A stretch of DNA of 63,810 nt, counting the filler, from Octopus bimaculoides (Eukaryota): NCBI RefSeq assembly GCF_001194135.2. It is 5 parts of 5 records of this genome, joined end to end, with 100 filler letters (N's around TTAATTAATTAA, not from the genome) between each part and the next. Parts side by side here need not be neighbours in the genome. Positions count along the whole stretch, not along the records: positions 1 to 16,079 come from NC_068998.1; 4 more parts are not named here. One strand, 5' to 3'. Positions 1-12,200 of the stretch are shown here, in pieces (within the stretch, counting starts at the first letter, position 1; every line of letters begins with the position of its first letter). Under the pieces are notes generated by a model, which ran no database searches, was not told the DNA's origin, and worked only from the letters and a program-made list of their open reading frames with translations. A program made the translations under genes and the position numbers.

Positions 1-344
1 CTCACCAAGGCGATGACTACTGACCGAGACCTTTGGAAATGTGCTGTGCATGAGAAGACCCGGCAAGCCAAGTGAGATCGTTGCCAGGGCCCCTGGACTG
101 GCTCTTGTGCGGGTGGCACATAAAAGACACCATTTCGAGCATGACCGTTTTCGTGCTGGTGACACGTAAAAGCACCCACTACACTCTCTGAGTGGTTGGC
201 GTTAGGAAGGGCATCCAGCTGTAGAAACTCTGCCAAATTAGATTGGAGCCTGGTGTTGTCATCCGGTTTCACCAGTCCTCAGTCAAATCGTCCAACCCAT
301 GCTAGCATGGAAAGCGGACGTTAAACGATGATGATGATGATGAT
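1..344 (+). mobile_element. 3' end of RTE-type LINE: ORF C-terminus, 3'UTR and (GAT)n tail
   Basis: Frame +1 reads LTKAMTTDRDLWKCAVHEKTRQAK* (stop at 73-75), resembling the RTE C-terminal 'DR..W' motif. UTR contains GGTTGGCGTTAGGAAGGGCATCCAGC and ends AACGATGATGATG. Near-identical copies at 59038-59399, 60238-60425 and 62245-62416. Confidence 0.8.
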
Positions 345-756
345 ATATATATATGTGATTAATTAAAAAAACGGAGAAATAAAGACAAGAAAAAAACAAC
401 AACTTGAGGATGTGGTACATGTAAAGTTTTAATAAGACACTCAGAAAAGGAAGAATGGGGAAAATATAGACACTTAAATATACATACACATGCACATGTT
501 ATTTGTATGTGAGATAGCAATTTCAATTGAATCAAAGAAAAACAAATCACAGACTGTAGTCGAAATAACACTTAAAATACTGGAGTATTAGAAATATTAA
601 TAAATGCAAAAAAAAACAAAAACCCATCTGACCATTACCATAATTGAAAAACAAAGCAAATGTTCCAAAATGAACTGTAATGCATAAATCATTAATTTTT
701 ATTAAGGATTTAACATTTGTTCGTGCATGCTAATTTCTTTCTTTTATACTTTACAG

Positions 757-969
757 GAATTTGTCATGGGGCTTTCAGTATTATCTCGAGGCACATTGCA
801 AGAAAGACTTCAATGGGCCTTTAATCTCTATGATATAAATGGAGATGGGATAATTACAAAAGACGAAATGATGGATATAGTATCTGCAATATATGAAATG
901 ATGGGCCGTTTTACTGAGCCTTCTGTGGATGAAAATACGGCAAGAGAGCATGTGGACAGGGTTTTTTCA
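757..969 (+). CDS. KCNIP: KChIP (Kv channel-interacting protein) internal coding exon containing EF-hand 3
   Basis: Acceptor tttatactttacag|GAA and donor TCA|gtaagt; 213 nt, phase 0-0. Translates EFVMGLSVLSRGTLQERLQWAFNLYDINGDGIITKDEMMDIVSAIYEMMGRFTEPSVDENTAREHVDRVFS, with canonical EF loop DINGDGIITKDE and strong resemblance to KChIP1-4. Confidence 0.95.
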
Positions 970-2579
970 GTAAGTACCCATTTATGAGTTATTTGCAGCT
1001 GTAAGAAAGTAAACAAATATGTAAGACACACAAAAAAAAAAAAAAAAAAAAAAATTCTTTCTGGTTCTGTATCTACAGGCATCAGTGATAGATGAACTCA
1101 ACCTTTTCCTTTCTCATATACAACATTATTGGTTTGATCTTCCTGAAGCCAGGTGGTAAGGCTGGCCATCAAGTATCTTTTTTCTCTCTGTCTTCTTGCT
1201 TTCTTCCAGTCTCATGGGTGTCACTATGTGTTCCAGGTCTTGTCTTTTTATATGATCTCAAATGAACTTAGCCTGTTGTTTCTAATGTTAAGAAACTTTC
1301 TGGTGGTCTATACTATCTAAGAAATTTGATGTTTGTCACTGTCTGTACCTAAAAAGACACTTTTAGTATTCATCTGAGGAGCCACGTCTCTGCAGCATTG
1401 ATAATACTTTTGCACTTGTTAACTGATGTTCACACAATCATATGTAAAGATGAATACAATGTGTTACCCCTAAGAATGTAGTTACATATTTCACATTTTG
1501 AATTCAAAGCCCACTACAATCAACTTTTGTCTATGTTAGTCTGAATTGTATGAGAATACATGATAACATGCCACTGTCTTTGACCGTCAGCCATTCTATT
1601 TGTGAAATCAAATCCCACCAGATGTCTTCACTGATGTCCCTCTAATACAAGTACTGTTAACATATGACATTTTTTCATAAGGCAGGTACCTTCAGACACT
1701 GGTTAATATCGAAAACAAATGCTATATTTGTAAAAATGAAATTGAGAAAGCATGCAAACTCAAACTGTAATTTCAGCTGATATTGTTGGCCTTTAGTTTT
1801 TGTACCACCCTTTTCACAGTCAGATGTGTATTTTACCAAATAGAATTTACCATATTCTGATCTGATTATACCATTTTGAGTTGTTTCAATGGGGCGAAAG
1901 TGTTTTGTTCTTCATAATTATTTTGAATGGTTGCCATTCTTTCCTTCAGAAAATCTGTATTGGCTTTAATTTGTTCTTATGGATAAGTAGCGATGACAGA
2001 AACTTCTTTTTTTGAAATAGCAATGAATTCATCCAAATTTGTAACAAGTTCCTTCGTCTGCAAGGTTTTCCACCAGACAGCATTTTTTCACATCACTACC
2101 ATTCTATCGTTCTTACCTCTTCCATGTGATGTAGCAAAATAATTCCACTTAGCTGAAGCACCATGATTTCTTTGATGAAATGGCAAATTTGTGAATGCAG
2201 ACTGGTTTTTGAATTGGCTGAAAGGTCTATCTGATGAGTAATGTGCCTTTGCAGTGCCAACCTCTTTACTACACAGATTGTTGATTACAAACTTATTGCA
2301 GAAAAAGATACTATTCTTGATGTGTCCTAAATCACTATGAGGGATCAAAGTGAGAAAATAAGATATGAGAATATGATATTTTCCCTCTAAAAATTATATA
2401 ACTTGAAAATGATCAAAGTTATTCCAAGTCTCTCTTATGTCTCCTTTATTTGTCCCTTTTTAATGTTAGGATCAAAATCTGTTATGATAATCAATACTAC
2501 AAACATGATGATGATATTTACCTTTGATTATTTTTTTTTAGGTGATTCTTATTTCTTTCTTTTTGTGTTTGCTTTACAG

Positions 2580-2642
2580 AAAATGGATCTAAATAAAGAT
2601 GGTGTTATATCACTCGAAGAATTTATGGATACATGTCGGACA
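2580..2642 (+). CDS. KCNIP: KChIP coding exon containing EF-hand 4
   Basis: Acceptor tttttgtgtttgctttacag|AAA and donor ACA|gtaagt; 63 nt, phase 0-0. Translates KMDLNKDGVISLEEFMDTCRT, with canonical EF loop DLNKDGVISLEE. Confidence 0.95.
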
Positions 2643-2937
2643 GTAAGTAACAAGCATAAGATTTTTCTACTCAAAAACAACATTCAAATGTCAACTTCAT
2701 TCTCTTATGCTTTAATTTATATACTATTTTCATCTTTTTGTTACTAATATATGGCTTAGGAAAAAAAAAAGATTACAATTTGTAGCCTCATCTTGAATAT
2801 ATATTTGTAGCCTCATCTTGAATGTAGAGTGTAGCCTCATTTTGAATATAGATACATTTTCACTGGTAGAGTCTCTAACAAGAATGTTACAGCATGTATT
2901 GGAGAGAAAAGCATCATAATAATATAACCTTTAACAC

Positions 2938-3290
2938 ATCTTCATCAAACATCCATTGTCCATGCTTGCATGGGTTGGACAGTTTGACCAGGGCTGGTAA
3001 GCTGAAAGGCTTCACCAGACGCCAGTCTGATTTGGCATGGTTTTCTATGGCTGGATGCTCTTCCTAATGCCAACCACTCCAAGAGTGTAATGGGTGCTTT
3101 TATGTGCCACTGGCATGGGTACCATATGTGTGACACCGGTATCTGCCACAACTATGATTTTGCTTGGCTTCATGGGTCTTCTGCAGTATGACATAATGCC
3201 AAAGGTTTCAATCATTGCCTCCATGAGGCCCAACACTCGAAAGGAACTCAGCCACTTTGCCTCTGGGTGGTCCATATAATCATTAAGTCA
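2938..3290 (-). mobile_element. Diverged RTE-type 3'UTR/tail copy in KChIP intron
   Basis: CATGCTTGCATGGGTTGGAC...GGCTGGATGCTCTTCCTAATGCCAACCACTCC is reverse-complementary to 170-330, roughly 75-80% identical by eye. Confidence 0.75.
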
Positions 3291-3724
3291 CTTAACACCA
3301 CACACCAAACTCAGGTTCACATACATGCACTCCTCTCTCTCTCTCTCTCTCTGCTCCTCACAGATGACTGACTTTGTTCCACCTCCACTCATGCACTCTT
3401 GACTCACCCACCTCCACCATACAGATCCTGTACTAACCACTGTACTCGATCTTCACATCCAAGATCATTGGCCCTCTGAGATTCCCTTCCTGCACACATT
3501 TTTTCCTACAGTAGTCAACTTACAACAGCTAATGATATCAGGGAGTTTGTAAAAGCAGCACAAACACTTCATCTGGCCCCAAAATTGACAGATATCTCTT
3601 CCCAGTTTACTACCATTTTACAAGCTACCTACCTACCTATCTATTAGTCTGTCACTCTCTATATCTATCACTTTCTTTACGCATACATACATCTATATGT
3701 AATCACACATTACCATCATCATTT

Positions 3725-3900
3725 TACATTAGCTTTCTATGCTGGCATGGGTTGGACAAGTCATCACAATCAGTCAGCAGCATATATACTACTCACCTAT
3801 ATAAGTTGGGAAACTTCATCAAGCTCACATTTCATTTTTGGCTTGGCTTCTATGGTTGGATGCCCTATCTAAAATCAATCACAAGAGAGGTAGCCATGTT
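3725..3900 (-). mobile_element. Old RTE-type tail copy
   Basis: GCTGGCATGGGTTGGAC...GGTTGGATGCCCT...AATCACAAGAG, same family motifs but more diverged. Confidence 0.55.
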
Positions 3901-4069
3901 CTTGACACTACTAGAAGGACCTCAGAACTCTGCATCTTTACTTGCTCCTCAGCCTTTTTTACAGAGTGAGGAACATGAATGATACAGGCATGAATAATAA
4001 TGATAAGAAGGATGTGTGATAGAGGGCAAACTGATAAGAGTGTTCAGTATTTTGAGACAGGTATGTTTT

Positions 4070-4215
4070 GTTGTTGTTGTTGTTGGCACTCCATCGCTTA
4101 TGACGTCGAGGGTTCCAGTTGATCCGATCAACGGAACAGCCTGCTCATGAAATTAACGTGCAAGTGACTGAGCACTCCACAGACACGTGTGCCATTAATG
4201 TAGTTCTCTTCAAAC
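4070..4215 (-). mobile_element. 3' part of SINE family C
   Basis: Reverse complement of 15405-15533 (GTTCCAGTTGATCCGATCAACGGAACAGCCTGCTCATGAAATTAACGTGCAAGTG), with a (CAA)n tail. Confidence 0.8.
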
Positions 4216-4409
4216 ATGGCCAGATCAGCCTTTCACACCTGCCCTACAATGTCATTCAAAAAATAAACAATCACATCATCAAAATCTCAAAGCTACTAAA
4301 TGATGATTAGTTGAAAATAATTTGGATAAATAAACATTACATTTGACAGAGTAATCTGATTGCTAAAGGGTCAAGGGTATTACAAATGGGCCTCCAACCA
4401 TGCCTAACT

Positions 4410-4562
4410 TTCTGAGTTCTTTTACAGGGTTTAGAAAAACTGAAGGACTGCTGCAATAAGTGAGTAAATCTGAGAGGAGAACATGTTGAATAGAACCATA
4501 ACTAATCCTCCTATACTTTTTTTAATCCGAAACCAGGAACTTTTCAGCACCCTCTCGTATAC
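4410..4562 (+). mobile_element. Mariner transposon 3' fragment: transposase C-terminus and right TIR
   Basis: Reads LQGLEKLKDCCNK*VNLRGEHVE* (cf. mariner GI.KL..RW.KC....GEYVE), followed by CCAGGAACTTTTCAGCACCCTCTCG-TA, a mariner-like TIR ending at TA. Confidence 0.7.
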
Positions 4563-5075
4563 TTGAACACACTTACTAAATAGTGATTCTTATACCAACC
4601 ATATTTCTGAAGCAGAAACCTAAAAAGTTTAAGAGAAATTTGTTTTGACAGACAGGACTCCTCCGGTTGTTTATTGTTGCCAAACAATATTCACCAGCCA
4701 CACCATTCTGTAAGGTGGTGACAATGTATATCAGCTAGTCCCCAATATTCCGCAATAACACTTCTACATGGGATCTTGACCTACTGAAAAAAAAAAACAA
4801 CCAAACACATCAAGAACAACACTATCCAAAAATAATACAAAAATGAAAAGATGTTTGCTCAGTTGGTATGCCTTTCATCAGAGATCTATTTGCTCAAAGC
4901 TAAACTGAGCTGAACAATAAGTTTACTTTGAGACAATAATGCAAGGTTTTGCATAGCTGATTGACTTGCTAAACATAGCAACCAAATTTCACTCAAATTG
5001 CATCCTACCATCTTAAATTGGGAATGGACACATTAAATGATGTAGCCTTAATATAAAACAGAATGCTATATTTTT

Positions 5076-5117
<42 letters not shown>

Positions 5118-5689
5118 CATACATATATACATACATACATACACACACACTCACACATGCAACATACACTAAGAGCAAAGCCTCCTAGAGGGCAGTGATT
5201 CTCCTAGTGTAGATATAATGGTAACACTCAGAATTATATCAGTGAAATTCATCTTCGATAAAATTACACAGACATTTTTGGGTTGGGGGGTTATTTTCTT
5301 TGTTTTTTCTTTGTTTCAATTCTAAATATTTTGTTGTTTTTTTTCTTTTTCTTTTTCTTTTTTTTGTTTTCTTGCCAGGACCCAGTTGTAGTTCAGTCTC
5401 TAGCAGTTCTTGATACTGAAATTATGATCTGACCTCAACAAAATAAATGGTACTTCAAACAGCACCACCAGAAATTAGTTTCCATTAGATTATTTATCCC
5501 AGCCATTTCTTAATTTCGCAACTCTTTATCCTTCCACTCCATAGTAATAAAACCTCTTTGAATGATTTTAAATTCTAAATTCACCAAAAGAAAAAGAAAG
5601 AAAACATTCTAAAGAAAATAGTATGATAACTTTGTAGCAATAAATTCATCTTGTTTTAAGATCATCATTGTTTAATGTCTATCTTTCAT

Positions 5690-5835
5690 GCTAGGATAGG
5701 TTAGGTGGTTCAACAGGATCCAACTGTGATTAGAAGCTTTGTCTGCTTTGACATGGTTTCTATGGCTGGATGTCCATCTTTATGTCAACCACTTTACAGA
5801 GTGAATTTGGTGCTTTGTTTTGTGGCACTAGCACT
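5690..5835 (-). mobile_element. Old RTE-type tail copy
   Basis: CATGCTAGGATAGGTTAG...GGCTGGATGTCCATCTTTATGTCAACCACT, same family motifs. Confidence 0.55.
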
Positions 5836-6136
5836 AACGAGGTTACCAAGTAACTCACTAAACTAAACTGAATAGATCTACAGTAGAAAGGAAGTGGGTG
5901 GTTTTATGCTATGCACTGAAATATTAAGGTATGATTGGAGGGGACAGAAACAGGTTTCTTGCAGTAGAGGAGATATAAGTCTATGTCATATAATGTATGG
6001 GTTGGTAGAATTAATCAGGGTGGAACCAGAGAGATAATGATGGTGATGATAAGGCATCACAGTGAGCCCTTAAAGTGAACTGAAGAGAGCATAAGGGCAG
6101 AAGAACAGTGGGTTGGCAAAAGCTGCAAGAATGTTG

Positions 6137-6175
<39 letters not shown>

Positions 6176-6992
6176 GGTAAAGATTAATGGTGAATTAATG
6201 AGAGCAAATGTATTTTGATCAGCTAACTTGATTGAATATATCTTTTTGCTGATGTAGTTTACCAAACAACAGTTTTGATATTTTACATCACAAATTTTCA
6301 CAAGTGAAATTAAAATCAAGACTGAATTTTCATGGTTTAGCATTTTCTTAAGAAGACAACCCATCTCAGAGAATCTATTTCTAATGAATCATTTATAGGA
6401 GTAGAGTGGGTCATCAAGATCTATAAAGCATGGTCACTACTACCATGTTTTAGTGGAAAAATTTATTCAGAATTTATCTGATCTAGAATTATTTATCATG
6501 GCAAATGACTGAAACATTTGAATAATATCTAATTTTGTAGTATTGAACGCTGGAAAATAGAATACTTATAGCAAATTGGCATCAAATGAGAAGATAATTT
6601 AAAATACCATCTTACCCTGTTCGTATATAATACATTTTTTCCACAGATAAGAGGATATTTAATTAAGTTTAACTAAATTATAAACAAATATAATATTTTA
6701 AAATGTTATTTTGCACAAGACTTATGCTAAGACTATACCGAGTTGATGCAGAGTGTTTCTTCACATCATTTTCACATCAACACAGCTTGGGCTGAATCAA
6801 TACCAATATTATTTTCTCTTTGTTATTTGTATGTGTGCTTAATCTTAGTACAATTTGTTAGCACTTAATATGCTTTGTTTGCCCAGAAAATATATATCGA
6901 GTGCTGACAAAATCCTCTATATCCTAGATTACATTCCCATGTCTTCCCATTACTGACATGCTTTTGAAGAATATGTATTTATTATATATATA

Positions 6993-7171
6993 TCATCGTT
7001 TAACGTCCGCTTTCCATGCTAGCATGGGTTGAAATATATATATATATATATATATATTATATTAAATATCAATTATATATATTATATAATATATATATAA
7101 ATTATATAATATATATAATTAATATATATATATCATCATCATCACCATTTAACGTCCGCTTTCCATGCTAG
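6993..7171 (-). mobile_element. Two ultra-short (about 35-40 bp) RTE tail insertions in a (TA)n tract
   Basis: TCATCGTTTAACGTCCGCTTTCCATGCTAGCATGGGTTG at 6993-7031, and a second copy at about 7135-7171 running into a gap. The first is a perfect reverse complement of about 294-332. Confidence 0.8.
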
Positions 7172-8279
7172 NNNNNNNNNNNNNNNNNNNNNNNNNNNNN
7201 NNNNNNNNNNNNNNNNNNNNNNNNNNNNNNNNNNNNNNNNNNNNNNNNNNNNNNNNNNNNNNNNNNNNNNNGTATATATACATTAATTATATATATATAG
7301 TTTAGACACCTCGTTTATAGTTTTACAAATTCTTCTATGAAACAAATAATAACCTCCATAACAGAATCTTAACCACAAAGAACAGAAGCTAAAAATATCT
7401 TAAGTATTCACCTCCCTTCTTTAACCTGTCCTCTCCTATAACATGAAGTAATTGCAGTTGCCTGAATTACCCTCTTGGAATGTTAAGCTAATGCTTTCTA
7501 CTTAACATACATTTCTACAAGTATCACAAGCCAAGAATGGTCACAACTGAAGTCTCATCATATATCAGCTGGATCACATTTGACACTGGGCTAAATAACA
7601 GTATCGTTTCTGACCACTCTTAACTGCTTGTAATAAAAAGTAAAATATATTTAATGGAATGGAACACTTTTTTTATGATGGTTTTATTACAGTTTCTGTT
7701 GTGATTATGAAGGATTAACACATGCTGAATAGGAAATCAGCCTTTTACTTTCCAAATTTCCTGCCACTCATGTTAAAATCTTAATGTTGTGTTAATTAAG
7801 GATTCAGTTAAACTTATAACACCAACCTTTCTGAGCAAGAAAATGTTTTGCATCTGATGTTGCACCTCCCATTTTATGTAAATTATTATACAAACCTTTA
7901 CTTATCCCTTAATTAACCATAACCATCATGTTTATTGGCTCATTATGCCCGAGTGTCAATCTATACACTCAAGCATACTTTCAACTAATTTTTAAGTTAT
8001 GTTACTGAAACTTTACTAATCCTAATCCATAAATAATGAATTTAATACAAATCAGCAAACTATAAAGCCAATTTTATCAATCTTTTATCTAACATATGCA
8101 AAGTTCATTAAAAGAATATTAATTTACGAAGATGTGGCTATAAAACATTTTTAATTCAATTTGTAACTGATTGTTTGTAATATTTGAAGTGTCATTAAAG
8201 TAACATTAACTTAACAAAACTTGTGCCTGCATACTTATATAAGCAATAATAAAAATTTTAATTTCTCTTTCTTTAACAG

Positions 8280-8327
8280 GATGAAAACATCACCAAAGGC
8301 ATGGCCATATTTGATACAGTTCTTTGA
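8280..8327 (+). CDS. KCNIP: KChIP terminal coding exon
   Basis: Acceptor tttctctttctttaacag|GAT. Translates DENITKGMAIFDTVL* (TGA 8325-8327), matching the KChIP C-terminal helix (cf. DENIMRSMQLFENVI). Confidence 0.93.
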   Translation, partial: DENITKGMAIFDTVL

Positions 8328-11300
8328 CAAATTCCAGCATAAAATGTACATAAAACAAAACACCAATAATGAAAATCTCATGTTGCAGTCTTTTCTTTTA
8401 AATTATTCAGACATGTAAATACATTTAATTAAATGTTCTCAAAATATTTTTGGGGAACAATATGCACAGAACATTATAATAATGAAACAGGGAAATATCT
8501 TCCTACAAATTGAAGTGGTGGAATATCAAAGATTTATGCAAAGGAAGCATAAAATATATGCAAAAGAAAAAAAAGAAGACAAACAAAGAGAAAGAGATGG
8601 AAGACTTCAGAAAGAAATAAAACGACATGAGCTGGCAAAAAAAAAGAAAAAAAGTTTCATGAAATCCTATATACATCACTACTGTATATCACAGCAAAAT
8701 AACTCAATTCTAATTTCCATTTCACGAAGTGACCACAACAAAATGAAAAAAAAAAAGAAGAAAAAAATGAAAGAAAAATAACATTCATTCTTTTTAATTT
8801 TTGCAATATTTATTTTGTCCTCTAAAAGAAACTATTACTTACTAAAGAAGAATATAGTGTGTGGGTGTATATGTGTGTGTATATTAACATACACAAATAT
8901 ATATATATATTATAGTATATATAAACACATTAAATATATACATATATTTCATATATGTTTATGCTGTATCTAATTATATTACATACANNNNNNNNNNNNN
9001 NNNNNNNNNNNNNNNNNNNNNNNNNNNNNNNNNNNNNNNNNNNNNNNNNNNNNNNNNNNNNNNNNNNNNNNNNNNNNNNNNNNNNNNNNNNNNNNNNNNN
9101 NNNNNNNNNNNNNNNNNNNNNNNNNNNNNNNNNNNNNNNNNNNNNNNNNNNNNNNNNNNNNNNNNNNNNNNNNNNNNNNNNNNNNNNNNNNNNNNNNNNN
9201 NNNNNNNNNNNNNNNNNNNNNNNNNNNNNNNNNNNNNNNNNNNNNNNNNNNNNNNNNNNNNNNNNNNNNNNNNNNNNNNNNNNNNNNNNNNNNNNNNNNN
9301 NNNNNNNNNNNNNNNNNNNNNNNNNNNNNNNNNNNNNNNNNNNNNNNNNNNNNNNNNNNNNNNNNNNNNNNNNNNNNNNNNNNNNNNNNNNNNNNNNNNN
9401 NNNNNNATATATATATATATATATATATATAAAATTGCACTGTGCTGTAAATCTTTGAATGCAAAACAAATGAAGACATTTTAACAAATTCTTAGGTGAG
9501 ATAGTCTATAGTGACAACAAAAAGACTTATATGGAGGACTTCAAAGATCATACACACCCACCCTACTCTGTCTTCTGAATGCTATTCAATAATTTAATTC
9601 TTTGTTATTGTTTATTTTGGCTGCTCATGTTTTTGAATTTTTTTTTTATCATCCAAACTTCTTTTATATCAGAAATGCTTTATATGAAGTCTCATGGATT
9701 TATTACAATTTTCTGAAAAATTACAATGTTTTTTAAAACTTAAAACAGCTTACTTATATAAAACATTACTACTGCAACAAACTATTTGAAAAAAAAAATC
9801 AAAATTCTGTAAGAGTATTATTAATATTTATTCTATTTCCCTTAAATCTCTGAAATATTAAAAACAGGATAAAATTAGTTGTATAATGCATGCATTATTA
9901 GTTTCTATTTCCAAATATATTTTAAAGAACATTTTCTCAAAATGGCTTACTGTCTCAAGACAAACGGATTACGTCTGAGTTGTCACAACATTTAGACTTA
10001 CTTTGAGTTACTAATTTCTTTTTTTTAAATCCATGGTTCAGAGATTTCACTAATTTAATATTAATTCAGTTTTGTTTTGTTTTGTTTTGTTTTTTTTAAT
10101 GAGGTAAAAATATGTGAGTTGAAAAGGATTATTTTTTTCTTCCTTCTTACATTGAACATGGCAGATCATTTGACTCAAATACAACAACGAAAAATATCTT
10201 GGCTGACCAATTAGCAAGCTTTAAAGTGTGTTAACAGATTCACTGACTTATTGTTTGATTTCCCTGCTTATTAGTTGACACAGGTTACTGTTTTGTAATA
10301 ACTGATTGGAATTTCTAAATCTATGGAAAGCTTCCCTCTTTTTGATTTGATAGTTTCTTGTTTATAAATACTGCTGCTGTTGTTTGAAACAACATTAAAA
10401 AAATGTTTCAATAACTTATACAGAGTTGGACAGTATCAAAATAGCCATTTATAAAACATTAAACAGACCATGGTTACATACATATATATATTCATACTGA
10501 CAAAAAGTAAATGAAAACACTGACAACATAACACTTCTACTGTATTATTATAAATATATCAACAGCCTTCTTAATAATGTACAAACTATATATATTGTAG
10601 TTAAATCATTTTCATTTAAAATTATATAGTCATTATGTTACAGGGTTATGAAGAAGTTAAGACTATGAATCGTTGACAAAATTATAAATGTAACCATCAT
10701 TAGGCTTTGATAAAGATAAGCAAACACAGATGTGCTTGCACTGGAATGCAGCATTTTTGTAAAATATGTTGCCTAAAATATTAATCTATTGCTTAGCTAT
10801 TACCACTTAATGTCTTAGCAATCTATTGGAATGAATAAAAGTCAAACTTTAGAAAATTCTGTGGCAGTAAATATTTTTAAGATTTCAAAATGTGTGGTAA
10901 TGACTTTAGCATGTGAAAATATTATCTCCACATGTGTATAAGCTTTTATTAGAAGGAATCAATGTCTACAAAATACTAAGCAACTATTTCAGAAAGAATA
11001 AAACATTTCTCAGATTGTCTATAACTTAAAATCTAAATTTAGGCAAGATGGCTATAATGTAACTATGTCTGCTGAAAACAAACTTTATCAGTAAAACAGA
11101 GAAGCTGAAATAGGAGAATTGTAATTTATCGAACTTCCCTTTCACAAAAATAACTTATGCTGTTCAAGGAAAATAAATTATTTATGAATTTCTTTTGCTT
11201 TATTTAAAAATGTCCAATATTCAAGACATGTGTGACTCTCTGAACCAATGTTTTGTTTGTGTATATGAGACTAACCAAGAGTGCTTCAAGAAAAATCTAT

Positions 11301-12200
11301 TTTTATTCAACCTAGACTAATATCTGTTTATCTCAGACATTAAGTGCCATATCACCATTTCTATATGTCTATTGTAATGTAATATTTTTGCATCATTGGC
11401 AAACTCATGAATTCTTCACATTTCTCCTAATCTTTTTTGCATGATGTGTGTTATTTGATAATTTTTAATCAATTTCTTTAAAAATGTAACATCTAACACT
11501 ACAGTCAAAATTAAAATAATAATATATAATTAAACACTAAGGGCCATGACTTTATTTAAGGGCTCATTATCTGTTTTCAAAGGTTTATACAGGGTTTTCA
11601 CTCCTAGTACCAATATATATCAAACACTGCAAGTAGACTTTCCTAAACGGAATGTTTTAGATATCTGTCAAGCTTTCTAGAGATGATTTTTTAACAATAT
11701 CAAAGGTGTAATAACTATACTTTTTAACAAAAGTAGCATAATAGTTTCCACTGGCATGTATTTCAAAAATGTTTCTTTTCTACAATATCCTTATAGCTTT
11801 AAATTCTTTAATGATCAAAATTTCAGATACCTCTACACTATTCAAATGACGTATTCCACACTGGTGTACATGAATTAGGCTCTCTCATCATAAATAGAAT
11901 GTTTATATACTTACAAATTAGAATGTCAAAGGAATATACAATTATGTCATGAACTTCATTAGCTTACAGTTGTTTCTGCTATGCACTCATAGTTGAATGC
12001 TTGAGTTTCACCCTATAACTTCATTGAAGCTTCAAAACATTGAAGCTTCAAAAGTATGAAGCACAGTTTTATTTGGGAAAACATTATATATATTTGTATA
12101 TATAAAGGAGAGAAAATTAGTCAGCAAATAAAATATTTGAAGTGGTCTTCAAGATATCTGCTAGAGAATTGTTAATTCACACACACACACACTGGTATTG
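8328..12200 (+). other. KCNIP: Probable long 3'UTR of KChIP (3' end uncertain)
   Basis: Directly follows the stop codon; very AT-rich with A/U tracts and almost no SINE/LINE copies. AATAAA candidates near 10833, 10997 and 12126, and further out at 13263-13926. The end cannot be fixed from sequence. Confidence 0.5.

Noticed and set aside
12019-12052. Twice-repeated palindrome TTGAAGCTTCAA resembling heat-shock elements
   Set aside because: Only two in-phase nGAAn units each; better explained as a 17-bp local duplication in the 3'UTR.
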